Shown here piece after piece: positions 1 through 6,463 of a stretch of 64,000 nt of DNA (its first letter is position 1; every line of letters starts with the position of its first letter). The notes below the pieces were generated by a model. That model searched no databases. It was not told the DNA's origin and saw only the letters and a program-made list of their open reading frames with translations. The translations under genes and the position numbers were made by a program. The stretch lies in the IMG/VR virus record IMGVR_UViG_3300033143_001962, positions 1-64,000 of that record; one strand, given 5' to 3'.

Positions 1-271
1 CATTAAATTGTATACCAACTGATAAGCCTGTGCCACGGTCAATATCGATGCCTGCTGTGCCCTCTGTAATAGATGATCCAGTTTCGCCAGCATTTAAAAC
101 GATAGTATTATCTGTAATTACAGTGTTGGTTGATTCTACTGACGTCTGTGTGCCAGAAACTATTAAATCACCATCTATTGTAATACCACCTTCGGCACGT
201 AACACAATACCATCAGTGACACCGACTGTTTCTATTGTGTAATTGCCTTTAATTCGTTTGTTTAAGCTCAT
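1..271 (-). CDS. virion structural protein (partial, runs off left edge)
   Basis: Translated by hand: MSLNKRIKGNYTIETVG...ITIDGDLIVSGTQTSVESTNTVITDNTIVLNAGETG...AGIDIDRG. This beta-rich pattern is typical of phage tail/virion proteins; GGAG RBS upstream. Confidence 0.65.
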   Translation of the reverse strand, partial: MSLNKRIKGNYTIETVGVTDGIVLRAEGGITIDGDLIVSGTQTSVESTNTVITDNTIVLNAGETGSSITEGTAGIDIDRGTGLSVGIQFN

Positions 272-284
272 TTAAGTTGCTCCG

Positions 285-857
285 TTATACGTTATTTATG
301 TGTTTTAAAAATTCATCTGTAGACATTATTTCAACATTTTTGTAATTCTTTATATTATCAACTGCGTTAGTATCCGATCCAGTTACTATCGTAAAGTGTA
401 TACCTTTATTGTGCTTAATTATGGTGTTGATTTGATGATGCCAATTGCCACCGTAGGTTGCTGGGTCTGTTGATTTCTTGTAGTACGGAGTGTCTGCAAA
501 TACGTTGTTAAATTTATCGCCTGTGCTACCAAAGTCAAATCCAAACAAGTACAAGTTCGTATGCCCGTGCAAGATAGCTAATTGTACAGCATTTGATCCG
601 CTGCTCCAATTTGCGTATGGTTGTTTAAGTTTGAAAGCACCTTTGTCTGAATACGGATTGCGGGTGTAAAATATATTATCGTGGCCGTAGCCTGTCATTT
701 GTATTAAATGTGCATGATCTGAGTCTGCTGCTACTAATACATCTGGTGTGATTTCAGTATGGATAGAGTTGCATCCGTACAAATTACCTTTGTTCTTAAC
801 TGTATGTAAGCAAATAGGTTGTCTGCTTATTCCGTTTCCTGCAATATATGCCGTCAT
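285..857 (-). CDS. DUF115/Maf-like nucleotide-sugar-handling protein
   Basis: Motif pattern YIAGNGISR, YGCN, PDVLVAAD, WSSGSNA, LYLFGFD. Confidence 0.5.
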   Translation of the reverse strand: MTAYIAGNGISRQPICLHTVKNKGNLYGCNSIHTEITPDVLVAADSDHAHLIQMTGYGHDNIFYTRNPYSDKGAFKLKQPYANWSSGSNAVQLAILHGHTNLYLFGFDFGSTGDKFNNVFADTPYYKKSTDPATYGGNWHHQINTIIKHNKGIHFTIVTGSDTNAVDNIKNYKNVEIMSTDEFLKHINNV

Positions 858-858
858 T

Positions 859-897
859 AAAAAACCCCTTATACTGTAATTATCAATATAAGAGGTT
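859..897 (-). terminator. intrinsic terminator hairpin after 922..1515
   Basis: Minus strand AACCTCTTATATTG-loop-CAGTATAAGGGGTT followed by a U run. Confidence 0.65.
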
Positions 898-921
898 AGT
901 TAAAATTTAATTAAAAATTAT

Positions 922-1515
922 TTAGATACCGAAAGCATCACCTGCGTCATCAGCTGTTGCAATGACTGTGCCATCACCTAGCGGAGTAACATCATTCATA
1001 GTGAATACTGTATCAGCTACGCTATCTGCTGCACCAAGTAATACAAAGTTAGTTGTACCAGGTACAACAATCTTGTACTCAACACCTTCTACACCTGCTG
1101 TTACATTAATGATATTAGTTGGATCACCAGCTTCTTCTGCTTCTGCTGCACCATCTGTAGTTGAATCACTGAAGTTCCATTTGATGCTATCATTTGCGTC
1201 AGCAATATCATATACATTACCTGCGCCATCACCTAATGTTACTTTGCGAGCTGCTATCTTAATAATACGTTTAACCGTAGTATCATCTAACTTCATTGAT
1301 ATTGACATTTCATTATCAGATAATGAAGCTGCATCAACGTCAACTAAGTAACAATCAGCTTCAGTAGTGCCATCTGAACAACGGAACTCCTTAGTTGCTA
1401 ATTGCTTAACAATCCAGCCATCTACAGATGCCGAGCCGTTGTAAAATTGTACTTTAAGTTCGTTGCCACCAGCTGTTGGTGCTCCGAAAAATCGTTTGTT
1501 TAGAGGTCTTCCCAT
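922..1515 (-). CDS. probable virion structural protein (MGRPLNKRFFG N-terminus)
   Basis: Late-type promoter and strong AAGGAG RBS upstream; acidic, beta-rich sequence. Confidence 0.55.
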   Translation of the reverse strand: MGRPLNKRFFGAPTAGGNELKVQFYNGSASVDGWIVKQLATKEFRCSDGTTEADCYLVDVDAASLSDNEMSISMKLDDTTVKRIIKIAARKVTLGDGAGNVYDIADANDSIKWNFSDSTTDGAAEAEEAGDPTNIINVTAGVEGVEYKIVVPGTTNFVLLGAADSVADTVFTMNDVTPLGDGTVIATADDAGDAFGI

Positions 1516-1597
1516 TTTAAAATTCTCCTTTGTTTAAGAATTGCCGTTCTAAGGCTACGCGGTTGGTTCCGCATAAACTAGCTTATTCTAGCACTCT

Positions 1598-1605
1598 TAT
1601 TTATC
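1598..1605 (-). promoter_or_regulatory. T4-type late promoter variant GATAAATA
   Basis: Matches the T4 late consensus TATAAATA at 7/8 positions; about 80 nt upstream of 922..1515. Confidence 0.55.
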
Positions 1606-2401
1606 AAGTTTCAGCATTTGGGTTGGCAATTAAGTTATCAATAATTCCTAATGATTCATTGAAGAAATGATCTGCTACCCGTTCATGCCAATCTGAATCA
1701 GGATGCATTCCATCTCGTGCGCCTGTGTTCATTACAAAAGGATTGTTGTCTTGCATTTGGTGCTGTATTAGTGTTTCAACTACCGGGTTGCAGAAGAATG
1801 ACGAGTAGTGGCTGTGGAACATCGTTCTCAAAAAACTTAAATTTTTTCTAAAATTAAATAACAAGTAGTCTTCATCTACAAGTTGTTTCGGAAAGCCTGA
1901 ATCTTCAATGGCAGTCTGGATTATTTTTCCATCGTTGTGTTCGTACGGTAATTCTAAACGTGTAATTGGTGGCCAGTACACAAAGACTAAGTGAGGCTTT
2001 AAGTCTGCATCGACTTTGTAAATAGTACGAGTAACATAATCAGAACTTGCGCCGCTTGTGGATAGATTATACGCTACTACAGACTGCGTGGTATAATCTG
2101 CTATTTTTTGTTTTAACTTATTAGCCCAAATTTCATGCTGATCAACACCAACACCAACTGACATACTACACCCTACGATAAGAATTCTAAAGGCCGCTTC
2201 ATCGTAAAAACTATCTGATCTAAAGCCGTGCTCGTTAAATGTGTACTTGATATCTTTTTCGTACTGTGCGTTCTCAGGCGTGTCAGTATCCAACCAATCC
2301 ACTGTCATGTTAGGCGGATACATGTTACTTGTTGGTAGTTCCTTATCCCATGCTGTCCTTGCGCTTGTATTGTAAAGCCGTTCCCTTTGCTTCCAGGTCA
2401 T
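1604..2401 (-). CDS. SGNH/GDSL-hydrolase-like protein
   Basis: FNEHGFRSD, IVGCSMSVGVG (block I), NLSTSGAS (block II), RDGMHP (DxxH). Start moved to MTWK at 2401, which gives an ATGA overlap with the upstream gene. Confidence 0.6.
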   Translation of the reverse strand: MTWKQRERLYNTSARTAWDKELPTSNMYPPNMTVDWLDTDTPENAQYEKDIKYTFNEHGFRSDSFYDEAAFRILIVGCSMSVGVGVDQHEIWANKLKQKIADYTTQSVVAYNLSTSGASSDYVTRTIYKVDADLKPHLVFVYWPPITRLELPYEHNDGKIIQTAIEDSGFPKQLVDEDYLLFNFRKNLSFLRTMFHSHYSSFFCNPVVETLIQHQMQDNNPFVMNTGARDGMHPDSDWHERVADHFFNESLGIIDNLIANPNAET

Positions 2402-2577
2402 ACTTTTTTCACCGGGCTTCCAAAATACAATATCACCGGCCATGCTAATGCCCACGCTATTAATCGTATTATGTAATTTATAATGCTACTTGAAACACCA
2501 GACGTGTGTTGAATATACACCCAACATACTGCACCAATCACACAATACAGTAAAACAAAAATATCTATTTCAATCAT
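2398..2577 (-). CDS. small two-helix membrane protein, 59 aa (not in ORF track)
   Basis: MIEIDIFVLLYCVIGAVCWVYIQHTSGVSSSIINYIIRLIAWALAWPVILYFGSPVKKV; ATGA overlaps on both sides. Confidence 0.7.
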   Translation of the reverse strand: MIEIDIFVLLYCVIGAVCWVYIQHTSGVSSSIINYIIRLIAWALAWPVILYFGSPVKKV

Positions 2578-2924
2578 CGCACGTTCGGCTGTGGGTGTGG
2601 TAGACGTTCCGGTTGTGCTATCGTGTTGTATATAATTGTTAACCAGTGCTTATCTGAATTCTCAATAACATTACCAGTTTCGTCTAAGTAACCGGGTTGT
2701 ACTTCTTCGGTCATTTTATTAATAACGTCACATGGTACTGCCAGTGTGTCATTACCACTGTTGTAATAATTTATCATTTCCATCACGGTATCGTGATCGT
2801 ACTTGCCTGCGGCTTCTGTTCTAAAACAGTATCCAGCATTTTTTGGATTCCATAATGTAATATACGGGTCTTCTTCTTTAGTGTGCTTTACGCTTACTAT
2901 GTAGTACTTACTTATGTTTTTCAT
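2574..2924 (-). CDS. hypothetical phage protein
   Basis: YYIVSVKHT..DPYITLW.P.NAGY motif; overlaps its neighbours in the operon. Confidence 0.6.
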   Translation of the reverse strand: MKNISKYYIVSVKHTKEEDPYITLWNPKNAGYCFRTEAAGKYDHDTVMEMINYYNSGNDTLAVPCDVINKMTEEVQPGYLDETGNVIENSDKHWLTIIYNTIAQPERLPHPQPNVR

Positions 2925-3156
2925 TTGCTAGGCCTTTTAGTTGTTCAATCAACTCTTTATCAAGTTCTTCTCGGATTCCAATGGCTAATTCTCTTGCCAT
3001 GAAGTCTTGGAATGTTTCTGTTGGCGCTCCATGTTGTAATCTGTGCCATACCTTTTCTTCTTCGGTCATGCCCGCTTCGTCATCAGAAGGCATTATGTCT
3101 GTACCTCTGATATCCCAATTAGCCATTAGTGGGTTAGCTGGTTTTTTATTAGTCAC
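2908..3156 (-). CDS. WxRL-tagged mini-protein with major-capsid backbone-helix fragment
   Basis: EEEKVWHRLQ tag. FMARELAIGIREELDKELIEQLKGLA resembles MCP EIMAALAQEITAEIDQEILLSLRSLA. Confidence 0.65.
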   Translation of the reverse strand: MTNKKPANPLMANWDIRGTDIMPSDDEAGMTEEEKVWHRLQHGAPTETFQDFMARELAIGIREELDKELIEQLKGLANEKHK

Positions 3157-3454
3157 TCATCTTTCCTCTTAATTCGCTTCTGCGTCCTGATATTATAATT
3201 AAATTATTACTTTTTGCAAAGTCCATTAAATGTTTGTACATTCCAGGCGCTTCTTCTTCGAGTCTATCGTCGATACATAATCCTGATGCACTGTGCTCGT
3301 CTACGAAACACGGGTGTACGTACTTGTGATATTGCATACGTTTATTAGCTCCGAATGATGCGGCGGTTCCTGCTAATCGTTTACACCAATCGCTTGGTCT
3401 GAACTTTTTACCTTCTGTAGTTATTCCTACTATTAATTTTGTCGGGTCTGGCAT
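3149..3454 (-). CDS. DUF3579-like protein
   Basis: GITTEGKKFRPSDWCKRL...DDRLEE..P.MY..LMDFAKSNNL matches the proteobacterial DUF3579 pattern as recalled. Confidence 0.7.
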   Translation of the reverse strand: MPDPTKLIVGITTEGKKFRPSDWCKRLAGTAASFGANKRMQYHKYVHPCFVDEHSASGLCIDDRLEEEAPGMYKHLMDFAKSNNLIIISGRRSELRGKMSD

Positions 3455-3474
3455 TTTAATCCTAAATGTTTCTG

Positions 3475-3666
3475 CTATTTAGCCCCGGATAATAACTTCC
3501 AATCTTTTCCATCATACGTCCACATGTCATCCGAACTGTGATCGAAGTAGATGCTGCCGGCTATAGGTTTAGCAAGCGGGTCACTAGTGAATTTTGGACC
3601 AGTGTATTTTAATCTATCCCAGACTTCTTGCTGCTCTTTAGTTAATTGTGGTGTACGTACTGACAT
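3475..3666 (-). CDS. WxRL-tagged mini-protein with tail-fibre repeat unit
   Basis: Likely start MSVRTPQ. Tag EQQEVWDRLK followed by GSIYFDHSSDDMWTYDGKDW. Confidence 0.65.
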   Translation of the reverse strand: MSVRTPQLTKEQQEVWDRLKYTGPKFTSDPLAKPIAGSIYFDHSSDDMWTYDGKDWKLLSGAK

Positions 3667-3946
3667 GCAAGTCTGCTCCGTCAGGTGGAGTTGATTTGAA
3701 CTGTATGGTAGTTGTTGCATTACTTTCAATACTGTAATCAAGTTTATGGCGTAGTTTGCAGCCGTCTTTAAAGACTTCGAATCGCACCTTCTCCAATGTA
3801 AGTGATGGTAATGCAAATACATCGCCCCAACCGTTACCTGTGAAGTGGTTTACACTTATTAGCCGGTCGCTAGCCTGCCTTAGTATATTCCACATTTCCT
3901 TTTTAGACTTAAATGCTTTTGTTATTGTTTTCTTAGGAAGTTTCAT
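3638..3946 (-). CDS. WxxL-tagged mini-protein with virion beta-repeat domain
   Basis: Likely start MKLPKK. Tag KKEMWNILR followed by FTGNG..F...V..DG...DYSI...F..PPDGA. Confidence 0.65.
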   Translation of the reverse strand: MKLPKKTITKAFKSKKEMWNILRQASDRLISVNHFTGNGWGDVFALPSLTLEKVRFEVFKDGCKLRHKLDYSIESNATTTIQFKSTPPDGADLHVSTYTTIN

Positions 3947-4218
3947 TTTAGTCTGCGCCACATTTCCCTTTTGTGATTCTCTTTACGCTCAGCTTTATTT
4001 CTTACATGCACAAAACGTTTATGCTCTACTATCTCATCTAAGTACGGGCAGTTAAACGCAATTTTATCTATGTCATAACTTTGCCCTACTGCTTGACAGG
4101 AGGTAGCAATGTACACACCATCTTGTGATCCGTCAGGCGAGCAGGCATCAATCTCCCACTCAATGTACTCCTGGCATTGTTTATTCCAGCAAAATTCGTT
4201 AAAGACTATGTCAGACAT
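3943..4218 (-). CDS. 4-Cys mini-protein with C-terminal WxRL tag
   Basis: Likely start MSDIV. FNEFCWNKQC...SC...NCPY; ends KREMWRRLK. Confidence 0.65.
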   Translation of the reverse strand: MSDIVFNEFCWNKQCQEYIEWEIDACSPDGSQDGVYIATSCQAVGQSYDIDKIAFNCPYLDEIVEHKRFVHVRNKAERKENHKREMWRRLK

Positions 4219-4522
4219 ATTGTAGTATCCTCCAAATCTTTTCCTTTTTCTTTTGCTTCTGCTCTTCTGCCCATTCCTTTTCAAACAGAAATTTTGCGCG
4301 GGCGTTAGTAACATGCCAATCAACCATACCTTGCAAATGCACACAATTATGCGGGTACGTAGGAATGTTTTCGTCGTTGTCTAAGATCTTAGAGCATGAT
4401 GCATATTCAACAGTGGACACATGAGTTATAAAACCATCTTCCATAATTAATTCTTCGCCGTACTCACTATAGCACTCGCACTCAAAATGATCTCTGCAAA
4501 GTTCGTACCAATTATAACTCAT
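4211..4522 (-). CDS. 4-Cys mini-protein with C-terminal WxxL tag
   Basis: YELCRDHFEC...SC...NCVH; ends KEKIWRILQYV. Confidence 0.65.
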   Translation of the reverse strand: MSYNWYELCRDHFECECYSEYGEELIMEDGFITHVSTVEYASCSKILDNDENIPTYPHNCVHLQGMVDWHVTNARAKFLFEKEWAEEQKQKKKEKIWRILQYV

Positions 4523-4731
4523 TTTAATTTATCCTCAGGGATGGACATTGCATCGTGTATCCTCTGCATGTACTGTTCTCTGAATTTATGCATCGTTGGC
4601 TGCACTGCTGTTTTAATAACATCTATATCTATATCTGCCCATCTATGCCAGCCAGTCTTAGGCTTGTTATCACCTTTAAGCTTATCCCACATTATCCACT
4701 TAGCTGTCTTTGTTTTCTTCGTCTTTTTCAT
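4519..4731 (-). CDS. WxKL-tagged mini-protein
   Basis: Likely start MKKTKK. Contains IMWDKLKGDNKPKTGW, shared with 6000..6311. Confidence 0.6.
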   Translation of the reverse strand: MKKTKKTKTAKWIMWDKLKGDNKPKTGWHRWADIDIDVIKTAVQPTMHKFREQYMQRIHDAMSIPEDKLK

Positions 4732-4969
4732 ATTCTGCTCTGGCTTGTGCAAACTGTTTGTTAGTAATCGGGAGGCCGTGTATCGTCCCGTAAATATCAT
4801 CGTCAGACATTGGCTGTATGCCTACTATATCATTTGCTAATAGTGTTGGCATTACCTTTCTAATCATTGGTATCACTATACTATCAAACCCGGGCTTGTG
4901 TACTTTCTTCAAAGCCCTGAATGTTTTTTGTGCGTCACTTATTGTCTTTTTAGTTAGTTTAAAAGACAT
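4700..4969 (-). CDS. mini-protein carrying the major-capsid Gol-region fragment
   Basis: IVIPMIRKVMPTLLANDIVGIQPMS is 15/25 identical to MCP residues 60-84 in this window. Confidence 0.75.
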   Translation of the reverse strand: MSFKLTKKTISDAQKTFRALKKVHKPGFDSIVIPMIRKVMPTLLANDIVGIQPMSDDDIYGTIHGLPITNKQFAQARAEYEKDEENKDS

Positions 4970-5234
4970 CTATGTACACCGGCATGTTGTTGATCCTTTT
5001 TAAGCTCTTTTCGGGCTCTAATAATTTCTTCCACATCATATCTTTTTTCTTTGCTTCATGCTTTGCTTTCTTAATATCTTCCATGTGTGGGCAATTTTCC
5101 GCTATCTTTAAAATATTAAATGTAATCTTGCTGGTGCCGATGCTGCATGTTATACACCTACCTACTTGCATTTTAATATCAGCGAAGTGCTTACACTCCT
5201 TTGCTCTGCAAAATTCGTTAAAGTTATACGCCAT
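4959..5234 (-). CDS. 4-Cys mini-protein with WxKL tag
   Basis: Likely start MAYNF. FNEFCRAKEC...TC...NCPH, tag KDMMWKKLL, tail INNMPVYIDVF. Confidence 0.65.
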   Translation of the reverse strand: MAYNFNEFCRAKECKHFADIKMQVGRCITCSIGTSKITFNILKIAENCPHMEDIKKAKHEAKKKDMMWKKLLEPEKSLKRINNMPVYIDVF

Positions 5235-5457
5235 TCCTATCATTATACACTTGATTGAGCAATGGTTCTACACCTTTGGATACATCGCGTATAACGCCAG
5301 GGTAGAATGAACTAATATCGTAATCGACTATATGCACACCTGGTTTCATTACGTGTCCTGTCTGTGACAGACGTTTCCACATTGCATCTTGCTCGCGTTT
5401 TAATTGCTTGCGCAAGCCGTTGCGTATTTTACGTTTAGTAATTTCTATTGCATTCAT
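5224..5457 (-). CDS. WxRL-tagged mini-protein with family B DNA polymerase motif A fragment
   Basis: Tag QDAMWKRLS followed by IVDYDISSFYPGVIR (compare PolB DxxSLYPSII). Confidence 0.65.
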   Translation of the reverse strand: MNAIEITKRKIRNGLRKQLKREQDAMWKRLSQTGHVMKPGVHIVDYDISSFYPGVIRDVSKGVEPLLNQVYNDRNGV

Positions 5458-5585
5458 TTATCATCTGGCTCGTTGAATATTATTTTAGCATTTTGGTAAT
5501 CTACCTGAAGCGGTATATACGGGCAATATATATAACCTGCGTTTACCTCTACTTCCACTGGAACGAATTTTAATTTGTCCCACAT
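5454..5585 (-). CDS. 43-aa WxKL-tagged mini-protein with capsid YCPYIPL fragment (not in ORF track)
   Basis: MWDKLKFVPVEVEVNAGYIYCPYIPLQVDYQNAKIIFNEPDDK; AAGGA RBS; ATGA overlap with the next gene. Confidence 0.7.
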   Translation of the reverse strand: MWDKLKFVPVEVEVNAGYIYCPYIPLQVDYQNAKIIFNEPDDK

Positions 5586-5601
5586 TATTTCCTTATCTGT
5601 T

Positions 5602-6003
5602 TTATTCGTGTTGTCCAAACTCTACTCTCTCGGCCATATTTTTCTTAATTTGATTCTGACGGTTCATATTATGAATTGTTCTAGCAAACGATGAGCGACA
5701 TAATACTGTTAAATACGAATACGCATTGCTACTCTTAGTTTCATCGTATCTGTGATAGTACCGTAACATATTAGTAATTGCGTCTTGTATTAAGTCCTCA
5801 GCGTATGTAAACGATTGAAAATTTTTCCTAGTTAATTCTTTCTCTGCTAAATGTACAAGGTACTTTGCTAAGTTGCCAGTCGTTTGTTTAATCAGTTTCG
5901 AGTGACGTATTGCTTCGCGTAACTCTGCGTTGGTTGTGATCTCAACTTGGTTGTACCATGGTGCTTTTAACTTACGCCAAAATAATTTTTGTTCTTTGTT
6001 CAT
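5602..6003 (-). CDS. compact gp55-like (late sigma) paralogue with N-terminal WxKL tag
   Basis: TTGNLAKYL..L.E...R.N...FTY.ED....A......Y DETKSSNAYSY.T....SF.R aligns with 28673..29653. Confidence 0.75.
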   Translation of the reverse strand: MNKEQKLFWRKLKAPWYNQVEITTNAELREAIRHSKLIKQTTGNLAKYLVHLAEKELTRKNFQSFTYAEDLIQDAITNMLRYYHRYDETKSSNAYSYLTVLCRSSFARTIHNMNRQNQIKKNMAERVEFGQHE

Positions 6004-6311
6004 ACAGAAGACGATTCAAAGTCTATTAGAATGGGGCTGTTTTTAGTACGTACTGCCCGGCCAAGACTCTGGAAAGCGATCATACTTTTCCCTACACCAG
6101 ACTGTGCTGTGAATCCATTTATGAAGCTACGGTTAATACCGTGCATGAAGTTTGATGCTTCTGCAAGATTCCGCCAACCTGTTTTCTTAGGTGTATTATC
6201 GCCACTAAGCTTGTTCCATATTTGCGAGGGTGTGCCGTGTATCTTTTCAAACTGCTTACGTTTGCCGTTTGCTATCTTACGTTTATTAATCTGTACTTTA
6301 CTTTCTTTCAT
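6000..6311 (-). CDS. WxKL-tagged mini-protein with RecA/DnaB-type Walker A fragment
   Basis: SQIWNKLS...TGWRNL...GINRSFINGFTAQSGVGKSMI...ILIDFE, then the protein ends. Confidence 0.65.
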   Translation of the reverse strand: MKESKVQINKRKIANGKRKQFEKIHGTPSQIWNKLSGDNTPKKTGWRNLAEASNFMHGINRSFINGFTAQSGVGKSMIAFQSLGRAVRTKNSPILIDFESSSV

Positions 6312-6463
6312 CGTGGTCCTGTATTCTTTGTTGGCTGTTTCATCGACAAAAATATACTAGATAGTAATTTCCATTCTTTCTGTGCTTCGGTGAGTGGAGG
6401 AGTGCTTAACTTCTTCCACATTTCGTGCTGTTCTCTTTCTTCTTTTGTTTTAAATATTTTCAC
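6308..6463 (-). CDS. WxKL-tagged mini-protein
   Basis: Likely GTG start after an AGGA RBS; EREQHEMWKKLS. Confidence 0.55.
   Translation of the reverse strand: MKIFKTKEEREQHEMWKKLSTPPLTEAQKEWKLLSSIFLSMKQPTKNTGPR

Noticed and set aside
3149-3454. SDWCKRLA as another copy of the tag
   Set aside because: Spacing differs (W-x-x-R-L) and it belongs to the native DUF3579 RPSDWxxRL motif.
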